NCBI GenBank assembly: GCA_018883425.1
Contig: VFQY01000006.1
Location: 1 to 58,147, forward strand
DNA length: 58,147 nucleotides
Source: Candidatus Omnitrophota bacterium
Lineage (GTDB): Bacteria > Omnitrophota > Omnitrophia > Omnitrophales > Aquincolibacteriaceae
Direction of reading: 5' to 3'
Shown here: piece after piece, positions 27,590 through 39,740 of the stretch
Position numbering within the stretch: the stretch's first letter is position 1
Layout of the letters: each line of letters begins with the position of its first letter
Notes under the pieces: model-generated
What the model saw: the letters and a program-made list of their open reading frames with translations, nothing else
The model's database searches: none
Told to the model about the DNA's origin: nothing
Program-made: the position numbers and the translations under genes

Positions 27590-30298
27590 TTAGGCAATTT
27601 TACGGTTTTCCAGCTCGGCGTTTCCAGGCGTTCGCCCGTAACTTTCGAGAAATTGATGCAGCTTGTTTTTCACGGCTTCGGAAATTCCGATGAACCTCAG
27701 ACCAATCTCAAAAGGCTCGCCCTTGGCGCATTCGCGGACCCATGCCACCATGGATTGGAGCTTGAGCTGTCCGTGATCTTCAGGAAGCCGGATCACGGCT
27801 TCGACAAGGTTTCCGACCGCAAGTTTTTTGGAGGCAAAAATCTTCGCGCCGCATTCACTCAGGTCCGCCGAAACGGCTTTTCTCGCCGGCCCTCGGCCCG
27901 TCTTGAGCTGTACCGGCATGCGCATTTCAACGCGGACTGCAGCCCGCCGCTCAATCCCGCCGCCTTGGGAGGCCGCCGAGAAACGCGCCCCCGAAAGAAG
28001 ATCTTCGGTTGAATGGGCATCGTCCGGATAGCAGGAAACGCCCACATGAATGACAAAGGGATTAGCGCCGTCCTGCTGAACCTTGCGGATCAGGCCGTGC
28101 AGCTCATTCTGAAGGATTTCAGCAAACTCCAGAGACTTCTCCTTGCCCATTCCCGGAAGCACCACAAGGGCTTCATCCGATCCGTTTAAATAAATGTCCT
28201 GATCGTCCTCAAGAGACTCTCGGCGGACTTTCTGAATAAATTTTCTGAGGACGTACTGAGGTTTCAATCCGCCAGGCGCAGTTTCAAAATGACGGGGCCG
28301 GAAGAGCTTGATCAGGAGAATGGAAAGCTTCTGCGACCCGTTCATATCGTGCTGAATGTTTTCCTTGGCCGCGCCATCGGCATCCATGCGCGGAAGACTG
28401 AAGATGAAGCGGCTTCCGGCGCCCGGTTGAGATTCGACCGAGATTTTACCTTGGTGCATCTCAACGAAGCTTTTGCAGATCGCAAGTCCCAGTCCCGTGC
28501 CCTTGATGCCGGGACCTTCCGTGCGCCCGATCTGAACAAACTTTCCGAAGAGTTTCGGCAGACTTTGCGCGCTGATCCCGATGCCTGTATCCTCGACCGT
28601 GACGCGCACCTCTTCCGGAGTCCTCTCCACTTTGAGCGTGATCCTCCCGCCTTCGGGGGTAAATTTGTAAGCATTCACCAGAAGGTTGGTCAGAACCTGT
28701 TTGATTTTTTCGGGGTCGCAGAAAGCTTCAACACTGTCGTCGGGGACATCCGCGTAAATTTCAAGACGTTTGTTGCGCACCAGCGGCTGATACTCGAGGA
28801 CAAGCTGTTCGGCAAGCTCCTTGAAATCAACCCAGCTCTTTTTGAGAACGACTTTTCCGGATTCGATTTTGGAAATATCCAAAAGGTCATTGATGATTGC
28901 GCCCAGGCGGTCGAGTTCGTCGAGGGCAATTCCCAAAAACTCTTTTTGATCCGCGCTGATATTGCCCAGGATGCCCTCATGGACCTGAGAAACGCTTTCA
29001 CGGATGGACGTCAGGGGCGTGCGCAGTTCATGCGAGACGGTCGAAACAAACTCCGTCTTAGTTCGGTCAAGTTCTTTCTCTTTCGTCAGATCGCGGAAAA
29101 TGCTGATAACGCCCGTGAGCTTCCCGTCGAGAACAACGGGCGAAGCGGTGATCTGAACGGGCAGTTCCGTCTTATCTTTGAAGATATAGCTGCCGGCCGC
29201 AAGAGCCCGGCGCCCTGTTTTCAAAACCTGCTCCACAGGATGCTGGCCCTCAGCAATTTTTTGTCCGCTTTCCTCCTGAATGGCGATCTCAGAGACCAGA
29301 TTTTTTCCAATCACTTCGCGGCCGGGCCAGCGGAACATCAAAATGGCTTGACGGTTCACGAGCGTAATGCGCCCCGTTTCATCCGTGAGAACCAGCCCCT
29401 CACCAATGCCTGCGAGAATAGCCTCGTCTTTGGCAATGTCCTTGCGGATTTGGGCATTGGCCCTTTCCAGCTGACGCGTATACGCTTTGAGTTCCTCTGT
29501 GGCCTTTCTCTTTTCCGTGATATCGGCGCCGAAAAGCAGAACTTCCCCGCGCCCTTCGCCCTCTTGCTGAATCGGATTGATACTGAAGCCCAAAAGCCGA
29601 GGTTCCCCTTCGCTTCGCAAGTAGGGAATGTCATCGACCGAAACGGGATTGTTTTCGGAAAGACAAACACGAATGGCACGGTCGATGAAATCAAAACTCC
29701 AGCCGATCGGACAATCTGCCAACTGACGTCCGACGGCATACTCCGCCGACACGCCGAACACCTTCTCAGCCGCTCGATTCCAATGCGTCACAATCCCATC
29801 ATGCCTCACCCCGATCAGAATCGAACCGATCGAACTCAAAAGATGCTGCTGCCGATTGCGGTTCTGCGACGGAGGCTGATCGGAGTCAGCTCGGCGTTTC
29901 TCATGATTTCCGAGCACGCGAACGTAGCGGACCGTGGCGGCAACAAGCTCAGGGCTGAGGGCCGATTTGATGAGGTGCTGCTTGGCCCCTTTGCGCAACG
30001 CCGCGGAAACCTGCGGCTCCTGCCCCGGCTCGGCAAGGACAATCACCGGAAAGGTCATGGCCCGATCCGCGATACTTTGAAGGAAGGACAAACTGTCCTT
30101 GCCGGGAAGCTCGGCATCCAGGAAGCAGACGTCGCAGGGAAAATCCTGAAGCACCCGCATGGCCTGCTCGGCCGAGCAAGCTTCCGCGATGGAACAATCC
30201 CCCTCGAGAAAACGCTTTCGGATTGTCTTCTCGACGCTGGCTCGTTCAGCGTCATCATGCATGACGAGCAAGAAATACATTTTGTTTTCGTCGCTCAC
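27590..30298 (-). CDS. Cytoplasmic hybrid sensor kinase: REC-PAS-PAS-HisKA-HATPase-degenerate GGDEF-PilZ
   Basis: CFLD receiver, two PAS repeats, SHELRTPL, NLLVNAYKF/DTGIG/GTGLGL, NGSDE cyclase-like remnant, RRAAVR and DLSECG PilZ motifs. Confidence 0.85.
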   Translation of the reverse strand: MSDENKMYFLLVMHDDAERASVEKTIRKRFLEGDCSIAEACSAEQAMRVLQDFPCDVCFLDAELPGKDSLSFLQSIADRAMTFPVIVLAEPGQEPQVSAALRKGAKQHLIKSALSPELVAATVRYVRVLGNHEKRRADSDQPPSQNRNRQQHLLSSIGSILIGVRHDGIVTHWNRAAEKVFGVSAEYAVGRQLADCPIGWSFDFIDRAIRVCLSENNPVSVDDIPYLRSEGEPRLLGFSINPIQQEGEGRGEVLLFGADITEKRKATEELKAYTRQLERANAQIRKDIAKDEAILAGIGEGLVLTDETGRITLVNRQAILMFRWPGREVIGKNLVSEIAIQEESGQKIAEGQHPVEQVLKTGRRALAAGSYIFKDKTELPVQITASPVVLDGKLTGVISIFRDLTKEKELDRTKTEFVSTVSHELRTPLTSIRESVSQVHEGILGNISADQKEFLGIALDELDRLGAIINDLLDISKIESGKVVLKKSWVDFKELAEQLVLEYQPLVRNKRLEIYADVPDDSVEAFCDPEKIKQVLTNLLVNAYKFTPEGGRITLKVERTPEEVRVTVEDTGIGISAQSLPKLFGKFVQIGRTEGPGIKGTGLGLAICKSFVEMHQGKISVESQPGAGSRFIFSLPRMDADGAAKENIQHDMNGSQKLSILLIKLFRPRHFETAPGGLKPQYVLRKFIQKVRRESLEDDQDIYLNGSDEALVVLPGMGKEKSLEFAEILQNELHGLIRKVQQDGANPFVIHVGVSCYPDDAHSTEDLLSGARFSAASQGGGIERRAAVRVEMRMPVQLKTGRGPARKAVSADLSECGAKIFASKKLAVGNLVEAVIRLPEDHGQLKLQSMVAWVRECAKGEPFEIGLRFIGISEAVKNKLHQFLESYGRTPGNAELENRKIA

Positions 30299-30315
30299 GG
30301 TGAAGCCCTCTTTGT

Positions 30316-30552
30316 TTACGCGGCTTTCTTTCTGGGACGCGAATATCTCTGGTTCATGTCATTACGAATCCATTGATCGAGGACATCTTTACGAAAACGC
30401 CAGCTTCCGCCGATCTTGGCTGCCGGTATTTTCCGTTCTTGGATCAGCCGGTAGATCGTCAGGTAGTGAAGCCCTAGGTAGTCTGCGACCTCCTGGAGCG
30501 TCAAAATCTCAGGCATCGGCTGACCTTGGGAATTACTCTCATAAGGTTCCAT
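30316..30552 (-). CDS. Excisionase-family (HTH_17) small DNA-binding protein
   Basis: ILTLQEVADYL...TIYRLIQERKIPAAKIGGSWRF; AAGGAG RBS. Confidence 0.88.
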   Translation of the reverse strand: MEPYESNSQGQPMPEILTLQEVADYLGLHYLTIYRLIQERKIPAAKIGGSWRFRKDVLDQWIRNDMNQRYSRPRKKAA

Positions 30553-30713
30553 GGGTTCTCCTTATTGCAAGGTTTTGTTCGTTATAACCTTACATAAGGA
30601 TTATGCCTAAAGCAAATAATTGAGCTAAATTAATTAATAATGATTGTTTTTTGGAGGTATTGGCATCTGCCTGGATTAGTTTAAATTATGCCTCGGAAAT
30701 GACTTGGAGAAAA

Positions 30714-31361
30714 TCAATCCGCGCCCGAAGAGGGGCAAAGGGAGCGGATTTCACAGTTGAGACAATCCGGCTTCCGGGCCCGGCAGCGGGCTCGTCCATG
30801 GTGAATGATGAGATGGGAGTATTCCGTCCAGGCTGTCTCGGGAACGATCGGCATCAAGTCCAGTTCGATTTTCACCGGGTCCTGACGCCGCGTCAGACCC
30901 AAGCGGTTGCTCAGGCGGATCATGTGCGTATCGACGGTGAGTCCCGGGATACCAAAGGCGTTGCCGAGAATGACGTTGGCCGTTTTGCGGCCGACGCCCG
31001 GCAGCGTGACTAGCTCATCCAGAGACCGGGGGACCTGTCCGCCGAAGGCATTTTCGATTCTGCCGGCAGCCCCGCGGATGTTTTTCGCCTTGTTCTTGTA
31101 GAATCCCGTACTGCGGATTAGAGCCTCGATCTCTTGGGGATCCGCGTCCGCGTAGGCGCGCGCGCTGCGGTATTTTTTAAAGAGCGCGGGCGTGACCTGG
31201 TTGACGCGCTCATCGGTGCACTGCGCCGAGAGAATCGTCGCTACCAGCAATTCCAGCGGGTTGGAATATTCCAGAGCACAGCGGGCATGCGGGTAGGCCC
31301 GGCGCAAACGCGCCAGAATCTTGCCCGCACGGACTTTCTTTTCTTTTCCGCTTTCCCGCAT
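30714..31361 (-). CDS. nth: Endonuclease III
   Basis: LSAQCTD, LPGVGRKTAN HhH motif, VDTH and the CRARKPDCLNCEIRSLC 4Fe-4S motif. Confidence 0.96.
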   Translation of the reverse strand: MRESGKEKKVRAGKILARLRRAYPHARCALEYSNPLELLVATILSAQCTDERVNQVTPALFKKYRSARAYADADPQEIEALIRSTGFYKNKAKNIRGAAGRIENAFGGQVPRSLDELVTLPGVGRKTANVILGNAFGIPGLTVDTHMIRLSNRLGLTRRQDPVKIELDLMPIVPETAWTEYSHLIIHHGRARCRARKPDCLNCEIRSLCPSSGAD

Positions 31362-31532
31362 GGCAGCACTCCCCGCTTCCGGGTGCGAATTCTATCACAG
31401 TTCCGGGCGGATGATTCCTGGATGGTTTTTAAGCTTGCGCTCCTCTTGTTTTTTCGCTAGCTTGTCGCCTTCAAACGCCGGGCGCAAAACGCGCTTCCGG
31501 CCTCTTGAGTCTCCCCTCGGATCCCAAAAATC

Positions 31533-32492
31533 ATGCAATATTCCAAAACGCGTCTTTCGGCTGTCCGCCTGATGATCTTTGCCGCCCTAGCATTCTCGGT
31601 CATGGTTCTGAGCGTCAAAAAACTGAGCGCTTATCTGCCCAGCATGGAGATCGTTTTCATCCGCAGTCTTCTGGGCTGTCTGCTGGTTCTCGCGGCGGCG
31701 AGAGTCCAAAAAATTTCAGTCTCAGGTTTCAGCCGCGGGAGACTCGCCCTGAGAGGCCTCTACGGCTTCGCGGCTTTGGCCCTGCACTTTTACACAATCT
31801 CCAAGCTTCCCCTGGGAACCGCAGTTCTTTTGAATTACACGGCGCCGCTTTTTATTCTCGTGTTTTCCCTTTTTTTTCTCAGAGAAAAAACTCACCCCGC
31901 GGTTCCCCTGCTTGTCGGCCTGAGTTTTTTCGGAGTTTTTCTCCTCATCGAGGGCGGCCTGGGCATCTGGGGAGCGGATGCCTTCTGGGGAATCTTATCA
32001 GCCGTTTTCTCATCCTTCGCTTACCTGACTATTTCCTCGCTCAAGAGGCGCGAGAAACCGCTGACGATCGTCTTTTATTTCACAGCCATTTCAACGCTGG
32101 GCTCATCTGTCTGTTTTCTGGACGGGTTTGTTTGGCCGAAGGCTGCGGATTGGCCCTACCTTGCCGGAGTGGCCCTGGGCTCTTATTACGGTCAGCTCTG
32201 GATGACAATCGCTCTGCGCCGGGCGCCAGCCTCTCTGGTCAGTCCCTTTTCCTACCTGACCCCGCTCCTATCCTTTTTCTACGGACTGATTTTCTTCGGG
32301 GAAAAAATTGCTCCGCTGTCTTTGGCGGGGGCGGTGACGATCATTGTGGGCGGTTGTCTTCTCTCTCACTACGGGACCTTGAGAAAGCCCAGCCGCTCCG
32401 CTTGGATCAAACCGCGGGAGGAATCTCCGGATACTCGGTTTTCTTCAGAGCAAAGACCAGATAACCTGCCGTCACAATCGCCGCTCCGATAA
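31533..32492 (+). CDS. DMT/EamA-family transporter
   Basis: Two EamA repeats (FIRS, LNYTAPLF...FLREK; VSPFSY...FFGE). Confidence 0.88.
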   Translation: MQYSKTRLSAVRLMIFAALAFSVMVLSVKKLSAYLPSMEIVFIRSLLGCLLVLAAARVQKISVSGFSRGRLALRGLYGFAALALHFYTISKLPLGTAVLLNYTAPLFILVFSLFFLREKTHPAVPLLVGLSFFGVFLLIEGGLGIWGADAFWGILSAVFSSFAYLTISSLKRREKPLTIVFYFTAISTLGSSVCFLDGFVWPKAADWPYLAGVALGSYYGQLWMTIALRRAPASLVSPFSYLTPLLSFFYGLIFFGEKIAPLSLAGAVTIIVGGCLLSHYGTLRKPSRSAWIKPREESPDTRFSSEQRPDNLPSQSPLR

Positions 32493-33210
32493 AACCGAAC
32501 GGAATCTGAGAGACCGCGGGAATCATCCACCGCAATTCGATCAGGGTCGATGCCGTCAAAGCGAAGCATGACACGTTGAGCGCAGGTGCATAGTCGAGGG
32601 GTTCGCGCCGGGTCCGCGCGATGAAGAAAGCCGGAAGAGAGAAAAGAACGGCTTCACCCGCTTTCAGCACGAAAAGAAGAGGCCATGCCAAAGCCGCGGG
32701 AACTGCAAAAATCCAGGGCCGGATCTTTCCGTAAAATTCCCGCAGGCGGGCGCCGTCCCAGAAGACGGCAAGCTGATCCGGCTTAAGATCCCGTTCCGAA
32801 CGGGTCAGACTGTGAATGCGCATCCCCCCGCGCCCGTCACGCACGTAGAGCTTGCGGGACGTCACATAAACGGCGGCGTCTCCCATTTCATCTTCGGAGA
32901 GCTCCGTCCGGGTCATGTCGATCACGGCCATGAGCCCGTAGTCAGGATGCACCATCGCGTAAGGGCTTGGACCATCCATGACAAGCCCCTCGGGCGTCCA
33001 GGTCATGGGCGGCATCTCCGAGGCCGCCCACTCGGAAAAAGCATCCGCCCGGGGGAGAATAAAACCGGCGAAAACCACCGCAAAAAGAATCGTTAAACAA
33101 CCGCTGAGGTAGACCAGATAAAGGATCCCCTGCCTCAGGGAACTGCCGATAACGTCTCGGTAAAAATCCGCGCTGAAGAGGGCGTAATAGGGTGCGGTAA
33201 GGATCCGCAT
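32407..33210 (-). CDS. Hypothetical membrane protein (DUF1189-like)
   Basis: N-terminal TM, soluble loop and three C-terminal TMs; coupled to the greA stop codon. Confidence 0.55.
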   Translation of the reverse strand: MRILTAPYYALFSADFYRDVIGSSLRQGILYLVYLSGCLTILFAVVFAGFILPRADAFSEWAASEMPPMTWTPEGLVMDGPSPYAMVHPDYGLMAVIDMTRTELSEDEMGDAAVYVTSRKLYVRDGRGGMRIHSLTRSERDLKPDQLAVFWDGARLREFYGKIRPWIFAVPAALAWPLLFVLKAGEAVLFSLPAFFIARTRREPLDYAPALNVSCFALTASTLIELRWMIPAVSQIPFGFIGAAIVTAGYLVFALKKTEYPEIPPAV

Positions 33211-33686
33211 TAAGCCCCGTAGGTAATTTCGAGAATCTCGAGTTTGATCATGCCCGCGGGCACTTTAATTTCCACGATTTCGCGAACAGCCTTGCCGAGA
33301 AGTCCCCGGCCGATCGGTGAAACAACCGAGATTTTTCCGGCTTCGAAGTTCATCTCATCCTGCGTCACGAGGGTATACTGAAAGGTATCCCCGCTCGTGT
33401 GGTTTTTCACCCTGATCGTGGCTCCTAAATAGGCCTTGTCGGACTGAATATCCTTCAAATCCACGACCGTTGCGCGGGACAGACGCTCTTCAAGAGAGGC
33501 AATTCGGCCTTCAAGATGCGACTTGGCATCCTTGGCCGCATCGTACTCGGAATTTTCCCGGAGATCGCCGTGCGCGCGCGCTTTTTCCAGGGCGTTGGCG
33601 GCTTCCATGCGCTTGGTCGTTTTGAGATACTGCAATTCCTGGAGGAGCTTTTCGTAGCCCTCTTTCGTGAGAATCACTTTTTCCAT
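33210..33686 (-). CDS. greA: Transcription elongation factor GreA
   Basis: LTKEGY, AHGDLRENSEYDAAK and ISVVSPIGRGLLG. Confidence 0.96.
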   Translation of the reverse strand: MEKVILTKEGYEKLLQELQYLKTTKRMEAANALEKARAHGDLRENSEYDAAKDAKSHLEGRIASLEERLSRATVVDLKDIQSDKAYLGATIRVKNHTSGDTFQYTLVTQDEMNFEAGKISVVSPIGRGLLGKAVREIVEIKVPAGMIKLEILEITYGA

Positions 33687-33792
33687 GGGATCAGAATCTG
33701 CCCTTCTTTCTGTGAAATGCGTTTGAAAATTTCCGGCTCATAAGCTACCACAATCATCGGCGCGCGGGAAGCCTCTATCTTCCCAATCCTTC

Positions 33793-34821
33793 TCAGGCGG
33801 CGACGAAGCGCTGGTAAAGACTCATGGCGCGCTGGGGATCTTCAGTGCCTTCGATGATGGCCCTCCCGTTTCTAAAAACAGTGATCTCGTAGGGCTCCAC
33901 AGAGATATTCATCAGGTAGGGATTGAAGGAAATTTCGGCTTGCCCGCTGAGACGCTCCGCCATCTCACGGAAATCAATCGGCAGTTCGGAAACCAAACAA
34001 ATCTGTACCGCGTTGCGTCCGGACAAAGCCAGCCTCTTTTCCGAAGTCTCCGGAAAGAGATACGGATAATCCTCGCAGGAACAGCCGCTGCACGGCAGAT
34101 TTTCAAGATGGGACACGGCGATGGATTTGAAAAACCGGCTCCAAACATCCACTTTCCAAATGCGGCGGTCCACGCGCTCACCCCATCCTGCCAAAATTTT
34201 GACAGCTTCCGTGGCTTGGAAGGAGGCTATCCGGTGAGCCGCCGAGACCAGGCTGCCGCTCGGATCGCAGATTTGCGTCTCGGCACGGCGGGGTTCGCAT
34301 CCGAAGAGGCAGCGCAGACAGGGAGGATCTTCGGGAAAAACCGCATAAGCCATGCCTTCGGTGCGCCGGGCAAATCCGAAAATCCAGGGTTTGCCTTTGT
34401 AGAGGGCGTAATCATTGAGGAGAAAGCGGGTCTCGAAATTATCGGTTCCGTCAAGAATGAGATCGGCGCCGCCGAGAAGATCTTCCGCGCTCAGAGCGCT
34501 GACATCTGCGACCAGAGCTTCAGTCCGTGTGCCGGGACTCAGCCGGGAGAGGGCTTGCTGAAGGGCAACCGCTTTGGGCAATTTGGTCAGCGGCCGGATG
34601 TCATCCGCCGCAGCCCGGTTTGTGCGCAACGAGTCCCGGTCGATCAGACGCAGGGTTCCGATTCCGGCGCGGCTCAGCATGTGCGCCGCCATCGAGCCCA
34701 AGGGGCCGAGCCCGACAATCGCAACGCAGGCCTGCGACAGGCGTCTTTGACCCTCATGGCCGGCTTCTTGAACAATCCTTTGCCGGTAATGCCTGCTGTA
34801 CTCTCTCATGCGTTCATCCAC
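33793..34821 (-). CDS. ThiF/MoeB-family adenylyltransferase (divergent)
   Basis: YSRH, GLGPLG, DGTDNFETR, CLRC/CSGC and the C-terminal FRNGRAIIEGTED domain. Confidence 0.8.
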   Translation of the reverse strand: MDERMREYSRHYRQRIVQEAGHEGQRRLSQACVAIVGLGPLGSMAAHMLSRAGIGTLRLIDRDSLRTNRAAADDIRPLTKLPKAVALQQALSRLSPGTRTEALVADVSALSAEDLLGGADLILDGTDNFETRFLLNDYALYKGKPWIFGFARRTEGMAYAVFPEDPPCLRCLFGCEPRRAETQICDPSGSLVSAAHRIASFQATEAVKILAGWGERVDRRIWKVDVWSRFFKSIAVSHLENLPCSGCSCEDYPYLFPETSEKRLALSGRNAVQICLVSELPIDFREMAERLSGQAEISFNPYLMNISVEPYEITVFRNGRAIIEGTEDPQRAMSLYQRFVAA

Positions 34822-34929
34822 GGAAAAAAACCATCACGTCAAGACGCTTCGCAGCCTTCCCGGCAATCGCCGGTTCCATGCGAATTATGCTCGGCATTTT
34901 TGAGATTCGCAAATCAGAACGAAAAAAAG

Positions 34930-36033
34930 TTAGGCCGGAAGCGCGCAGTGCTGGTAAGAGCTGTCGACAAGGCAGGGGTCATAACCCGCGTCGCGGATGA
35001 GGCGGACCAATTCCTCCTGACTGAGATCCACGGGAGTCTCCGAGCCGGCATCGTGAATGATCTTTTCATTCAGATTGGTGCCGCCCAAATCGTCTACGCC
35101 GAAGGAAAGCGCTACCTGCCCCATCTTCAGCCCTGTGGTAATCCAATGGGCCTTGAGGTGAGGAACATTATCGAGAAGCATACGGGAAACGGCATAGACC
35201 TTGAGGTCCAGAAAACCCCCGGCTTCGCCCAGTTTTTGCATCGGTGTGTTTTCAGCGTTATAGGCGAGCGGGATAAAAGAATAAAAACCCCGGGTCCGGT
35301 CCTGGGTTTCACGCAGACGCAGCACGTGATCCACGCGGTCCTCATCGCTTTCGATATGTCCGTAAAGCATCGTAGCATTGGTCTTCAGGGCGAGCCCATG
35401 AGCGGTCTCATGAATTTCAAGCCAGGTCTCAGCACTGATCTTTTCCCGGCAGATCTTACGGCGCGTTCGGGGCGCAAAGATTTCCGCGCCTCCTCCCGGC
35501 ATCCCGTCCAGGCCGGCCGCCTTGAGCTCCTCGAGCACCTGCCGGTAAGTCAGTCCCGAGCGCATGGCAAGGTCGTCGATTTCAGGCGCCGTCAGCGCCT
35601 TGATGTAAAGGGATCCGGCCGTTTGGCGTATCCTGCCGAAAACATCCTTGTAATAATCCATCCCGAGATCCGGGTTGTGCCCGCCCACGATGTGAACCTC
35701 GTTGATTTTCCAACGATGAAGAGCTTCCTCAACCTTCTTCTGAATCTCGGCAGGTGTGAACGTGTAGCCGCCCGCTTCGCCGGGCCTTCTCGAAAAAGCG
35801 CAGAAAAGACAGCGCAGCGTGCAGACATTCGTGTGATTCATGTGGAGATTCAAGGAATAGAAAACCTTGCGTCCGTTCAAGCGTGTTCTAACTTTTTGGG
35901 CAAGCAGACCCAGGAGGGGAAGGTTGTTGGAGCGGTAAAGCCGAACGCCGTCGTCGAATGTCAGACGTTCAGCGCCGTCGATCTTTGCGGCGATATCTTC
36001 GAAGCCGGCGAAATCAAAAAATGCGTCCTGCAC
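34930..36033 (-). CDS. mqnE: Aminofutalosine synthase MqnE-type radical SAM enzyme
   Basis: TNVCTLRCLFCAF, PGGGAEIF, NATMLYGHIE, SRMLLDNVPHLKA and EKIIHDAG; start moved to GTG at 36033. Confidence 0.8.
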   Translation of the reverse strand: MQDAFFDFAGFEDIAAKIDGAERLTFDDGVRLYRSNNLPLLGLLAQKVRTRLNGRKVFYSLNLHMNHTNVCTLRCLFCAFSRRPGEAGGYTFTPAEIQKKVEEALHRWKINEVHIVGGHNPDLGMDYYKDVFGRIRQTAGSLYIKALTAPEIDDLAMRSGLTYRQVLEELKAAGLDGMPGGGAEIFAPRTRRKICREKISAETWLEIHETAHGLALKTNATMLYGHIESDEDRVDHVLRLRETQDRTRGFYSFIPLAYNAENTPMQKLGEAGGFLDLKVYAVSRMLLDNVPHLKAHWITTGLKMGQVALSFGVDDLGGTNLNEKIIHDAGSETPVDLSQEELVRLIRDAGYDPCLVDSSYQHCALPA

Positions 36034-36052
36034 GGTTTCCGGATCGTGGGGT

Positions 36053-37131
36053 TTAAAGCGCCTGTCCGGTCTCTCCTTCAGGCGTTTTTTTTCGGTTCTC
36101 GATTTCTTTGAAAAGCTCGTCCACCAAAGCATGCTCGTCGACCACGCGGTGCTGCTTTCCATTGATGTAGATCATCCCTTTGTCCTTGCCTCCCGTGATC
36201 CCGAAATCGGACTCATGGGCTTCTCCAGGACCGTTGACCACGCACCCAAGCACCGAAATGACCAGGGGATCCTTGAGCTTCATCGCGCGGCTCTCCACTT
36301 CACCGGCGAGCTTAAAAACATCGACCTCCGCGCGCCCGCAGCTGGGACAGGAAATCACGCGGACCCCTTTGCGCAGATTGAGAGCCTCGAGAATCATCTT
36401 GGCCACTTTGATTTCTTCGACGGATTCGGCCGTCAGGGAAACACGCATCGTGTCGCCTATTCCCTCCTGAAGCAGCGTCGCGATCCCGATCGCGTTGTAA
36501 ATACTTCCGCGCAGCAGAGAGCCCGCCTCCGTCACGCCCAAATGAAGCGGGTACGGAAAGGTCTCCGCTGCAAGCCGGTAGGAAGCGATCATGTTCGGGA
36601 CATCCGAGGCTTTCAGCGAAATGACAATATCCTGAAAATCAAGCTCCTCCAAGATCTGCACGTGGCGCTTTGCGCTTTCAACAAGCGCCTGAGGCGTGGG
36701 GCCGTACTTTTCCATAAGGTCTTTTTCCAGCGAACCTCCGTTGACGCCGATGCGGATCGGAACATTTCTCTCTTTGGCTTTTTTGACGATTTCAACCACA
36801 CGCTCTTTTTTCCCGATGTTGCCCGGATTGAGCCTGAGTTTGTCGACGCCTTCATCGAGAGCAATCAGGGCAAAACGCTGATTGAAATGAATGTCGGCAA
36901 TGAGCGGGATCTTGATGCGGCTGCGGATTTTCCCGAGAGAGCGCGCGTCTTCTTCCGTCGGGCAAGCCACCCGGACAAGTTCACAGCCGGCTTCGGTCAG
37001 CTGCTGGATCTGATCCACGGTCGCCTCGACGTCCCGAGTATGAGTCGTACACATAGACTGAATGCGGATGGGGGCTCCCCCGCCCATCGTGACGCCTCCG
37101 ATATTCACCTGCCTTGAGGCGCGCCGCTCCG

Positions 37132-37135
<4 letters not shown>
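36053..37135 (-). CDS. ispG: HMBPP synthase
   Basis: IQSM, ADIHF, RLNPGN, IRIGVNGGSL, HLGVTEAG, SCPSCGR and GCVVNGPGE. Confidence 0.97.
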
Positions 37136-39512
<2,377 letters not shown>

Positions 39513-39662
39513 TCAAAATGCCGGAACTGAAACTCTGCTAACCTGATGAATTTTTTCCGGAGGTAAGACGCCTGCCGGCCGATCATCATGGGGGACTGAA
39601 ACGACTCAAGCAAGCCTGCTGAAATCCGCTCGGGGAAGAAAACATGCGGCTTGAGATCGGAT

Positions 39663-39691
39663 AGGATACAACAGGCCTCGTTTTTTGTCTA
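39663..39691 (-). promoter_or_regulatory. Candidate sigma70 promoter for the thiC run
   Basis: TAGACA (39691-39686), 17 bp, TATCCT (39668-39663); implies a leader of about 200 nt. Confidence 0.45.
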
Positions 39692-39740
39692 GGCGGGACA
39701 TTCTATCTTGTTTCAAACAAACAACTTGAGGATTTCCTGA

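Noticed and set aside
28289-30376. 695-aa plus-strand ORF
   Set aside because: Antisense shadow of the hybrid kinase; no motifs, and expected from GC-rich codon bias.
30316-30552. Prophage or integrative element suggested by the excisionase-like gene
   Set aside because: No integrase, att repeats, tRNA or phage genes; flanks are housekeeping and signalling genes.
33940-36111. 723-aa plus-strand ORF
   Set aside because: Antisense to the thiF-like gene and mqnE, which have clear motifs; no recognisable domain.
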